This document shows, piece by piece, positions 22,587-35,227 of a stretch of DNA of 64,000 nucleotides. Every line of letters starts with the position of its first letter. Position 1 is the first letter of the stretch. Origin of the DNA: Eledone cirrhosa. Taxonomy: Eukaryota. The stretch is from positions 27,032,001 through 27,096,000 of the forward strand of contig OZ024764.1 in assembly GCA_964016885.1 (NCBI GenBank), in the 5' to 3' direction. The notes below the pieces were generated by a model. It saw only the letters and a program-made list of their open reading frames with translations. It was not told the DNA's origin and did not search any database. A program made the translations under genes and the position numbers.

Positions 22587-24941
22587 ATGCAAATAGACTT
22601 AGAATGGAAAACATTCAGACAGAGAAGAATGGATAATGAGCGTCATAAGAGAAATTGGCCAACAATTAATATTAATGGAAATCTAGAAGAATTTCATATT
22701 AGTGATATGAATGTTTCGTGTGATCACTGTGAAGCTTTGAAATTTAGAAATGAAAATTGTAACTGTTGTAATAAAGGAAAGGTTGTGTTGCCTCCATTGC
22801 AAATATACCCCGAGAGACTGAGAAATCTCTTTGAAAGAGGCCAGGAAGCAGTTGATTTCACAGAAACATCTGCAATTAAAACTACATTTATTTCACTTCA
22901 TTTGGTGTTACCACCCGGCAGAGGCCCGTATAGCTTTCATATTCAGGGTCAAACATATCACTACACCCCCACCTCTGTAACCTGCAGAAAATACACCACA
23001 ATATGGCCAGTTATATATTATTGATGGGAACGAAGGTGTGTAGCACAGATTGGAAGTACAACCAAATAATTGTTTCTGGCACAAGGCCAGCAATTACTGG
23101 TACTTTATTCTATCGACCTAATAAGGATGAAAACAAAGTCAACCTTGGAGGGATTTGAACCCAGAACGTAAAGGGCCATAACCTTATGCTGCAAAGCATG
23201 GTGTCTGACGCTCTACCGATACTGCCAATCCACCGCCCTAGTACCAACAAATAATGACTGCTCACCACAAAAAATGGCTATGATAAGAGAGGTGTTGCAT
23301 GAATGTTATCCATATGTCGAAGTGTACAATACAATGCATGGCATCAAACAGCAAAGTGCAAGAAGAGAAAATTGTCGTGTACAGAACTGTGAATTAAGAT
23401 TTAGAAGAGGATCAGATATGAGCTGCTATAATTTACCAACTAGTAATGATAGCTGTTGTTTTGTGGGGTTTGAGGGCAGACCACCTGTACAAAGAGATAT
23501 TATCATCTTTCCTAAAGACCATCCTCCTCAGAAAATATCACATAATTCATGCCACTTGGACCTCATGACTGACCCATAATGGTGAATTTTGGTGGCATAG
23601 TGACATGGAGAGGAATGCAGGACCTGTGTTTGCAATAGACTGACAATGCAGGAGTATTACATATACAGTATAGCATATAGAGGAGGATTTAGTGTGATAT
23701 ATAGGGCAGGTAAATTATTTTAGCAGTATTTAGTGGATGCCTATATGAAAGTAGAGGGATGCAGGCTTCTATATTTGAGGAACAATCAAGCCCAATTGTG
23801 AGTGGATGAGTATAATGGTTTAATGAATTATCTAAACAGATGATAACACTGAGCCTTAAAAAATGAAGACAAGATAAGAAACAGAGAAGACATTGACAGA
23901 ATCGTGTCAGCAGAAATACCTGCATTGGAAGATGATCCAGTACTACATGAGCAGGTTTAAAAGTTTATGATCCACAGGCCATGTGGTTCTGGAAACCCTT
24001 TTCCCCCATTTATACAAAATGGATTTTTCCAAAAGAACTATCCAAAAACCTACAGAAGGGAAACATTATTGAACCTAAATGGATACCCAGAGTACAGGAG
24101 GTGCAAGACAGGAACTGCAGTGTAAATTGGATGACATTCAGTAGATAACAGGAATGTTGTGCCATTTAATGCCTTTTTGATTAAGAAATATTGTGCACAT
24201 ATTAATGTTGAAGTTTGCGCTTCTGTAAAAAGTGTCAAGTACCTCTTTAAATATGTTACATGGGGCATGATTGTACATCTATAGAAGTAACGAATAATGC
24301 ATTACCTAATGAGGCTCAGAACCAACACAACCATGATGAAATAAGAACCTATCTTTGTTGCAGGTATGTGTCTCAGCCAGAAGCAGTGTCGTGTCTCTCG
24401 GAATTTAAGCTTCATGGTACATCACATACAGTATACAGCCTAGTCACACACCTGGAGAACAAACAGAGTTTACTTTCAAAGAGGCAATGCTCAGGTTGTG
24501 GTAGAAATGCAGGGACCCTTGCTGCCTGGTTCAAGCTAAATGAACTTGCTTACACCTTCTGGGATGCCGCCTCACAAACTCCAATTATAAGCAAGATCAA
24601 TAATAATGCTTCTATGGAATATTTCAATCCAGAACAGATTATGTAATGGCACAAGATTAGAAGTAGTAGAACTGCATAAACATTTTATCAAAGCTTCTCA
24701 TATCTATGGTCCTTTGATGGGCAGGTGTGTTTTGATCCCAAGACTGAAGTTATCCCCCAGTGGTGCCAACATCCCTTTTACTTTGGAAAGACCCCAGTTT
24801 CCATTAAGACTGTCATATGCCATGACAATCAACAAGAACCATGGTCAAATACATGATAAAGTGGGTCTGTTCCTCCCTGAGCAAGTATTTAACCCTGGAC
24901 AATTGTATGTTGCTTTTTCAAGAGTTCACAGACAGATGTAA
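22587..24941 (+). mobile_element. Helitron RepHel pseudogene, copy 3
   Basis: Same motifs as copy 1. The ORF at 23274-23579 is open across GFEGRPPVQRDIIIFPK. Confidence 0.95.
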
Positions 24942-25512
24942 AAATTAATCCTAGCAAACCCCCACCACTCCTACAACTGTTAGCTGTTAGCCCACCCCAG
25001 CACCACCCAACCTCCGTTCTAGTCCCACCGTTAGAACCAATGCTGCTTACCCTGCCTCTTTTACTAGTTCACTCCGTCGCTCGAATTTCAAAGCTGGCCC
25101 TCTACACTTGGTCGTTGCCAGCTCACCACCTGGTTGTGCTCTCTGTGTCCGCACTAGCCGGTACCTAAACACAATAAAATGTCACCTGTGCTACCAAAAC
25201 TACCACAGGAACTCTGTCGGCATCAGCAAGGCTCAAGCCGAAAGGCTTCAATACTAGACCTGTAATCAGGGCCACTTTACCTCCGACGACCAGCTTTCTA
25301 CCGAGTGTGTGTTGATGGAGGGGACATGAGACCAGCAAAGTCCTAGGAGTAGAGACTAGTAAATAATAAACGGTCCTAGCTATGTTAAGAATATATATAA
25401 GAAAAATGTTCTATACATTTAAGAAGACAAGAGAAATAAATATTTACCTCTTTCATGTAGGTAATATAGCGGTGTTATAAAAGTATAATAACTGATGCAG
25501 GTAGTTTGTTTC

Positions 25513-25990
25513 AAACTATAACACATATAACTCTATCAGTGAAGCCCTTTAGTATAGGTCAACTAGGAAACTATAACACATATAACCCTATCAGTGAAGT
25601 CCTTTAGTATAGGTCAACTGGGAAACGATAACACATATAACCCTATCAGTGAAGTCCTTTAGTATAGGTCAACTGGGAAACTATAACACATATAACCCTA
25701 TCAGTGAAGTCCTTTAGTATAGGTCAACTGGGAAACTATAACACATATAACCCTATCAGTGAAGCCCTCTGGGAAACTATAACACATATAACTCTATCAG
25801 TGAAGCCCTTTAGTATAGGTCAACTGGGAAACTATAACACATATAACCCTATCAGTGAAGTCCTTTAGTATAGGTCAACTGGGAAACTATAACACATATA
25901 ACCCTATCAGTGAAGTCCTTTAGTATAGGTCAACTGGGAAATTATAACACATATAACCCTATCAGTGAAGTCCTTTAGTATAGGTCAACT
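25513..25990. repeat. 55-bp minisatellite, 9 copies
   Basis: Same unit as at 6807. Confidence 0.95.
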
Positions 25991-28470
25991 AACAGAAGTA
26001 TTAAGGTGGGCTCGATTGTGGCCCGCGGGCCGCCTGTTGCACGCCCCTCCTTTAGACAGAATATCTATCACAGTTAAGTAATACTGTGATCTGTCGGCCA
26101 ACTACATTTTCCAGCCTGAGGCGTTTGGGGGAGTCGGGATACTGACTGCGAGATTCCTATCTTCACTGGCGGCTAGCCTGACGAAGGTGACTGGTGAAGC
26201 TCGTGAGGGCACTTGGTTGTTCCAGCTCCTCAGCCTCGCCATCGCCCGAGGTAACGCTGCAGACGTGCTGGCTTGCCTAAAAAATCATTAGAGAGGTTTC
26301 CCAGTGCTCCTCGCGATACTGTTATCTTTTGCTCTAGTAGCAGCTCGTTTGTCCACCCCTTTCGCCTGCCTTTGGTTGTATGTCGTCCTAGATGTGTGTA
26401 TTACCTGCTTGTGTGTTGTATGTGGTCCTAGATGTGTGTATTACCTGCTTATGTGGTCCTAGATGTATGTATTACCTGCTGGTGTGTTGTATGTGGTCCC
26501 AGATGTGTGCATTACCTGTTTTTGTGTTGTATGTGGTCCCAAATGTGTGTGCTACCCGCTTCTGTGATTTGTTTTGTTCCTTCTTTCTCTCTTCCGAGAA
26601 ACAATCCTGTATTTTTTTAATCTATTCCATGCGTTAAGTAATTAGCAGCAACAACAAACTGATTTTCAGTTGTAAAAAGAATCTTTAAACCTTCACCATT
26701 TACATTAACACATACCATACGTTGTCCCAGCCACAAATAAACAGTAAAAAAAACTTACTTTGCGGTTAAATTCTTCACAATTAAAAGAAAAATATTTCTA
26801 ACACGTTTCTAGACAACACCAAGTTTACACCTTCAATATCCGGTAAAAGTAAAAACAAATTCTGGAGACATTTAACGAAACGAAACTATGTAAAGAAAAA
26901 CGAAAATTAAACGAAGACAAGTAGTAAATTTTAATTTTTATTAAATAAAATACCAGTAATTCACTGCAGTAGATTTAATCAACTTTACTCTCTCTGCACG
27001 AAAGAAGAAAAAAATTCCTGACTTAGTGCTTAATATATAGAGAGGGGGAGAGTTTGGTGTTACTTCATATAGAGAGGGGTATTGGAAGAGAGTGCCGTGT
27101 AGTAGATATAGAGAGGGAGAGAGTGTGTGCTAATTGATATAAAGAGGGGGATTTGCACCCCCCCCCCCCGCCGCCTAGAAAAATTCTGAAATGCTTCGAC
27201 CTCCCTGTACATATATATATATATATAGTATACACACACAGACATATATATGTATATATTATATATATAGTAAATAAATGTGTGTGTGTATCAGTGGTCG
27301 CCAAACTTTTCTGTTCCACACCCCTCCTCTAAAATATGTTTATGTTCCCCTTTAATATAAAAACAATCCGAGTATTCTGAAAGTATTATTACTGTAATAT
27401 AAAGTAGAAACCCTTTATTTAAACAAAGCTACGATGCAGCGATGATCAAAACAAACTTCTCGTAGGTGCTGCCAAGCGGGGAAAAGTGGATGTATAATGA
27501 TGATGATATATATATATATGCCCCACCCTTGCAAACAGGGAAAAGCAGACGTAAAATGAAAATGATATATATATAGATAGATAGATATGTATATATATAT
27601 ATTTATACTTATACGTCATGGTGGCTACAGGTGCCAAGAGGAAGAAGCCGGTCAAATCCTCTGATATTTGTTTATCTTCCTTTCCTTTGTATATATATAT
27701 ATAGTATGTGTGTATGAAGATGTATGACCCCCTAGCAAGCCAAACTACAGTTACTCCCCAACATGGAGAGCAAATTAAAACATTACCTGTTAGAGAGGAA
27801 CGTGAAATGAATTGTTAGTGAACTACCGGTGTAACAGTAATTATGTTACCGGTGTAACTATTTCTGTTTACCTTATTTTTAAATGACACTCCTATATTAG
27901 TTTAGTGACCTTTCAATTCAAATAAATTCTTGATGATGATTGAACTCGCATCGGAGTAGCCCAACGCCTTGGCCTCCGCGTGTGTGAGCCACATAAATGC
28001 TCTCAACGACATAGTGAGAAGAAGCCTGGACGCAGCTGAATTTCCATCTCAACTGGAGCCAGCAGGCCTAGGCCGCGGAGATGGCAAGCACCGCGAGGGA
28101 ATCACCCTCTTCCCATTCGAAGGAGGTAGATCCACAAACCCCAGCATCGCTGCCCGTCTCGCAGATGAACATAAAATAAACAAATTCCGGTGTTTGTCCT
28201 GGAGCCTCTTCTAAGCACCAGCCGCCGTCGAGACCCCGGGCCAACTTGGACCCATTACAGCCGAGCTCCTCCGCAACATCGCAGTGTCTGTGGCCCGTCT
28301 GAGGATGGAGTCCCACGAGGTTGGATGCCTGTTGCAGCAGGTGTCACTGTCCTTACATATATATACGTAAATGTTCCCTTGACTGCTATTTCTAGCATAT
28401 ATTAATAGACACTTTAGAAACAGCAGCTAAAAATCAAGAAACAACAGTGTGTGTCTGTATATATATACAC

Positions 28471-28513
<43 letters not shown>

Positions 28514-28592
28514 AGCCAAAGACACGCACACACGAACATACACATACACACAGGTGTATGTCTGCGTGTATGTATATATATGTGTGTGTCTT

Positions 28593-28672
<80 letters not shown>

Positions 28673-28808
28673 GTCAGTGATCCCCCTCGCAACCTTTAAT
28701 TAAACAAACCTGCGATGAGGCGATGATCAAAATAAACACCAAAGTATAAACAAACAGCCCATAGGTGCTGCCGGATACACGATAACATGTGTAGACGAAG
28801 TAAAACTT

Positions 28809-29289
28809 TTATTACTGTAATATAAAGTAGAAACCCTATATTTAAACAAAGCTGCGATGCAGCGATGATCAAAACAAACTTCAAATAACATGTGTATACG
28901 AAGTGTATCTGGAAGCTTGGTCGTATTATATGACTTTCAAATTGACCCCTATTATATTCAAATTATCCCCTGTGGGGCGTGCACCCCACGTTGAGAATCC
29001 CTCATAAATAAAAATATGTGAGTGTGTTGCTATGACTGCTATTTCTAGCAGGTTTACTGCAGTCCTGTAGACGCACAACAAAAACCGGAAGTGGCAGCCA
29101 TTAAAAAACTTTGGCTTAAAATCAGCCAAAAGATTTTCAATAATAGTAAAATTTTATTTTTGACAAGGACGATAACTTTTGTCTTACTTAATCGCAAAAA
29201 TCGAGGCAAAAATTTTGCGGGTGTGCAGTTTACACGCTAAAATAAACCTGCTAGAAATAGCAGTTATAGCAACTCACATATATTTATAT

Positions 29290-29323
<34 letters not shown>

Positions 29324-29735
29324 CCAAACACACACCCTTATATATGTACGTGTGTGTGTGTTGACCGCTATATATATATATAGCAGCCAAACACATACAC
29401 AGACACACATATATATATATATACATGTGTGTGTATATGTGTGTGTCCTCCTCTCGTCTATGGCTGTTATTTTTTACATTGTCCTTTTTGTTATTTTTCT
29501 CGGGATTTGCCCGGATTCGAACATGCGACCACCTATTTACAATATAGAATCTTTACAGCTTTACTGACTTTTAAGTAATCCAAGTTGTAACCCCGGATTT
29601 AGTAGTGTTTAATTTATTTTGAAGTATTTTATTATTGGCCTTAGTTAGACGATCGTCCAAGACCATGCTGGGGCATATATATATATATGTATATATATGT
29701 GTGTGTGTGTGTGTATGCTGGGGCATATATATATA

Positions 29736-29789
<54 letters not shown>

Positions 29790-30434
29790 CTAGGGCATAT
29801 ATATATATGTGTGTGTGTGTATATATATATATATGTGTGTGTGTCCTTTCTGTTATTCGCTGCTATTTCTAAAGTGTCAATATATATATCATATATATAT
29901 ATATATGATATATAAATATATGTAAGTGAGTTGCTATGACTGCTATTTCTAGCAGGTTTATTTTTAGCGTGTAAACTGCACACCCTCAAAATTTTTGCCT
30001 CGATTTTTGCGATTAAGTAAGACAAAAGTTATCGTCCTTGTCAAAAATAAAATTTTACTATTATTGAAAATCTTTTGGCTGATTTTAAGCCAAAGTTTTT
30101 TAATGGCTGCCACTTCCGGTTTTTGTTGTGCGTCTACAGGACTGCAGTAAACCTGCTAGAAATAGCAGTCATAGCAACACACTCACATATATTTATTTAT
30201 GAGGGATTCTCAACGTGGGGTGCACGCCCCACAGCGGATAATTTGAATATAATAGGGGTCAATTTGAAAGTCATATAATACGACCCAACTCCCTGTTACA
30301 CTTCGTATACACATGTTATCGTGTATCTGGCAGCACCTGCGAGAAGTTTGTTTACATTTTGGGGTTTGCTTTGATGATCGCTGCATCGCAGCTTTGTTTA
30401 AATAAAGGGTTTCTACTTTATATTACAGTAATAA
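28809..30434. repeat. Long inverted repeat, variant form with a larger spacer
   Basis: Mirror ORFs 28926-29129(-)/30075-30278(+) and 29179(+)/30025(-). Confidence 0.95.
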
Positions 30435-32497
30435 CACTTTTACAAGACTCGGATTGTTTTTATATTAAAGGGGACATGTTTTTTAAACTCTGAACTCAGC
30501 ATCTTTCTGTTGTTCTCCGGGATTCTAGCAAAGTATAAAAATATATATATATATATAGCTGGCAGTCAACCTCAGACTCGAAAAAGCCGCCGCTAATCGT
30601 GATCGTTGGGGTTATAATTAGACTAAAAGTGCTTCCACTGGGCACCATTAGCTGATTGTGATCATTGGAGAATTCTTTCTGCGCTGAAAGAGCCTAGGAC
30701 TAAAAGATATATATATAGATGTCGAAACGGCAGTAGCACAGCCGTTGGGGTCCTGAATATTTTCACATCTATATATGTGTGTGTATTCTGCGACATTTAT
30801 AATTACATAAGCAAGCATATTTGAATAACAAAATTTGAGGTTTAAATACTTTATTTTTTACCAATAACATAGAGAAAGGCATGAACAACACCACATGTTA
30901 ATTACTTTAATATTGAAAGTAGGGTTATAAAGATTAAAAAAGCAGATTTTTTAATCTTTCATGGTGGTCTGGTGGGTGATACCAGAGATGGTGGTAGTCC
31001 TGGTTTCGGTTTCAATCCCGGTCATGGGTTACATATAAGGTCTCATTTTTTTTTTTCTTTCTTTCAGTTTTCTTCTTATCTCTAGATATAAATATATATA
31101 CATAAGGTAATTTGGTAGAATTGTTAGAACATCAGATAGAATTCTTTGCAGTATTTTTCCAGTTCTTTACTCTGAGTTCAACTTTACCTTTCTTCCATTC
31201 GGTGTCGATAAGTCTTGAATATGTCTAACGTAGCAATAATTGGAGCTACTTAACCAAGTTTTCCCAACCTAGTCGATGTCACCTACTGGTTGGCGATTTA
31301 AACTGTTGGCTGGGACAATGACCAACTAATCAGTCAGATTCGAACTCACTATGTCTGGCATATATTTTATATTTTATATTTGAATGACGTTCTGTAAGTA
31401 ACCTGGTGGCTTAGATGGCAATACTGCTCGAATAGATGGCTTCTATTATGAAGTTATAAGTTCATTCCCTATCCAGGATTGTAGAATTAATTTTATTTAG
31501 TTATTATTTAATCAATTGTTTTAACAAACAAATTATATCTATAAAACGCCAAATATAGTGAGTTCAAATCTGACTGACATGCATGGTATATATTTATGTT
31601 TCATTATACAACGACACAATACACAGGAACTTATAAAGATATGTATATATTGTCCAGGAGTTTCGAGTTTAGTGGGAATTGGTACAACTCTCAATTGGAG
31701 CTAGTTCCTGCAAGATCAGCATAAATAATGTTATACCTTTTCATGAAATCTTGCACACCCGATGTTTTATACATGATTATTTAAAGGTGAACAAAAACCA
31801 AAGAACATTGTGCAGCATTTCTCAACCTTTCTACCCATGTCGATCTCTTGAAATAGTTTTTATGTCTCAGGGATGCCCTGCATAAAATATACTTTTTCTA
31901 TCTCTAGAGCAGTGGTTCCCAAATCGTGTGCTGCGAGATGAAACAAGATGAGCTGCAAAAGACTAAGATTAAGTTTTAAGATGTGAAAAATATAAAACTG
32001 AAATTTCATATAAAAGTTCAAATATAGCTACAGCCACAAACCTAGGCTCCACACCCCGCAATGCAAAGGATAGTAAGATAGTACCAAGGCCTGACTCACC
32101 TCTTCCACTCCATTGAGACCTCTGCCATACTTGGTCCCTGTACTGCTGATTTCCTCCATAAAGTCGGGAGGAAAGACGACAGGAGCCTCATGAGGAGGGG
32201 CGACTATTGTAGCAGGTGTCTCTGGCCTTGCTCCGAGGTAACGCTTTTACGTTTCTTCCACAGGTTGCGGCTGAGGGACCACTTAGACTGGGGTGAAGTG
32301 TCTGTCCCTCCCCCGACTTCTTACTTCTTTTTTTTTCTCATTTTCATTTTCTTTTCTCTTCTTGCTTATCTCTGCTATACCACGGCATCAAAAACATATA
32401 TGATATGTGTATGTATGGTATAGGTGTATTTATATTTAGGATAGTTATCAAAGGTAAATAGACTGGTTGAAGCAATAACAGTCTTGTTTATGTATAT

Positions 32498-32531
<34 letters not shown>

Positions 32532-32637
32532 CTGTTTGTTCTTGTATTTCCATAGAAAAGGTAAAGAAAAGAAGAATGCTCTATGTATTGTACAGAGCTA
32601 TTTAATTACATAATAAACAACAGAATATAATTATTCC

Positions 32638-32890
32638 ATGCAAATAGACTTAGACTGGAAAACATTCAGACAGAGAAGAATGGATAATGAGCGTCGTAAG
32701 AGAAATTGGCCAACAATTAATATTAATGGAAATGTAGAAGGATTTCATATTAGTGATATGAATGTTTCGTGTGATCACTGTGGAGCTTTGAAATTTAGAA
32801 ATGAAAATTGTAACTGTTGTAATAAAGGAAAGGTTGTGTTGCCACCATTGCAAATATACCCTGAGAGACTGAGAAATCTCTTTGAAAGAG
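32638..32890 (+). mobile_element. Helitron 5' fragment, copy 4 (truncated)
   Basis: Homology ends at aaatctctttgaaagag. Confidence 0.9.
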
Positions 32891-32910
32891 ATTTCTCAGT
32901 CTCTCAGGGT

Positions 32911-33621
32911 ATATATTCCCGCCGTTGAAATAAAAATTTTAATAGAAAAACGGCGGGAATATATGTTACAACCCAATCTATATATATTTAGGTTGTAACA
33001 TATATTCCCGCCGTTGAAATAAAAATTTTAATAGAAAAACGGCGGGAATATATGTTACAGCCCAATCTATATATATTTGGGTTTTAACATATATTCCCGC
33101 CGTTGAAATAAACATTTTAATAGAAAAACGGCGGGAATATATGTTACAACCCAATCTACATATATTTGGGTTGTAACATATATTCCCGCCGTTGAAATAA
33201 AAGTTTTAATAGAAAAACGGCGGGAATATATATTACAACCCAATCTACATATATTTGGGTTGTAACATATATTCCCGCCGTTGAAATAAAAATTTTAACA
33301 TAAAAACGGCGGGAATATATATTACAACCCAAACATATATAGGTTGGGTTGTAACATATATTCCCGCCGTTTTTCTATTAAAATTTTTATCTCAACGGCG
33401 GGAATATATGTTACAACCCCAAAATATGTAGCTTGGATTGTAACATATATTCCCGCCGTTTTTCTATTAAAATTTTTATTTCAACGGCGGGAATATATGT
33501 TACAACTCAAATATATATAGATTGGGTTGTAACATATATTCCCGCCGTTTTTCTATTAAAATTTTTATTTCACCGGCAGGAATATGTTACAACCCAAATA
33601 TATATATATTGAGTTGTAACA
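32911..33621. repeat. 89-bp foldback minisatellite, 8 units (5 forward + 3 inverted)
   Basis: Units start at 32911, 33000, 33089, 33178 and 33267, then inverted units at about 33356, 33445 and 33534. Confidence 0.95.
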
Positions 33622-35081
33622 TGGGTTACATATAAGGTCTCATTTTTTTTCTTTTCTTTCTTTCAGTTTTCTTCTTATCTCTAGATATAAATATATATAC
33701 ATAAGGTAACTTGGTAGAATTGTTAGAACATCAGATAGAATTCTTTGCAGTATTTTTCCAGTTCTTTACTCTGAGTTCAACTTTACCTTTCTTCCATTCA
33801 GTGTCGATAAGTCTTGAATATGTCTAACGTAGCAATAACTGGAGCTACTTAACCAAGTTTTCCCAACCTAGTCGATGTCACCTACTGGTTGGCGATTTAA
33901 ACTGTTGGCTGCGACAATGACCAACTAATCAGTCAGATTCGAACTCACTATGTCTGGCATATATTTTATATTTTATATTTGAATGAAGTTCTGTAAGTAA
34001 CCTGGTGGCTTAGATGGCAATACTGCTCGAATAGATGGCTTCTAGTTCATTCCCTATCCAGGATTGTAGAATTAATTTTATTTAGTTATTATTTAATCAA
34101 TTGTTTTAACAAACAAATTATATCTATAAAACGCCAAATATAGTGAGTTCAAATCTGACTGACATGCATGGTATATATTTATGTTTCATTATACAGCGAC
34201 ACAATACACAGGAACTTATAAAGATATGTATATATTGTCCAGGAGTTTCGAGTTTAGTGGGAATTGGTACAACTCTCAGTTGGAGCTAGTCCCTGCAAGA
34301 TCAGCATAAATAATGTTATACCTTTTCATGAAATCTTGCACACCCGATATTTTATACATGATTATTTAAAGGTGAACAAAAACCAAAGAACATTGTGCAG
34401 CATTCTCAACCTTTCTACCCATGTCGATCTCTTGAAATAGTTTTTATGTCTCAGGGAAGCCCTGCATAAAATATACTTTTTCTATCTCTAGAGCAGTGGT
34501 TCCCAAATCGTGTGCTGAGAGATGAAACAAGATGAGCTGCAAAAGACTAAGATTAAGTTTTATGATGTGAAAAATATAAAACTGAAATTTCATATAAAAG
34601 TTCAAATATAGCTACAGCCACAAACCTAGGCTCCACACCCCGCAATGCAGAGGATAGTAAGATAGTACCAAGGCCTGACTCACCTCTTCCACTCCATTGA
34701 GACCTCTGCCATACTTGGTCCCTGTACTGCTGATTTCCTCCATAAAGTCGGGAGGAAAGACGACAGGAGCTTCATGAGGAGGGGCGACTATTGTAGCAGG
34801 TGTCTCTGGCCTTGCTCTGAGGTAACGCTTTTACGTTTCTTCCACAGGTTGCGGCTGAGGGACCACTTAGACTGGGGTGAAGTGTCTGTCCCTCCCCCGA
34901 CTTCTTACTTCTTTTTTTTTCTCATTTTCATTTTCTTTTCTCTTCTTGCTTATCTCTGCTATACCACGGCATCAAAAACATATATGATATATGTATGTAT
35001 GGTATAGGTGTATTTATATTTAGGATAGTTATCAAAGGTAAATAGACTGGTTGGAGCAATAACAGTCTTGTTTATGTATGT

Positions 35082-35126
<45 letters not shown>

Positions 35127-35227
35127 TGTTCTTGTATTTCCATAGAAAAGGTAAAGAAAAGAAGAATGCTCTATGTATTGTACAGAGCTATTTAATTACA
35201 TAATAAACAACAGAATATAATTATTCC

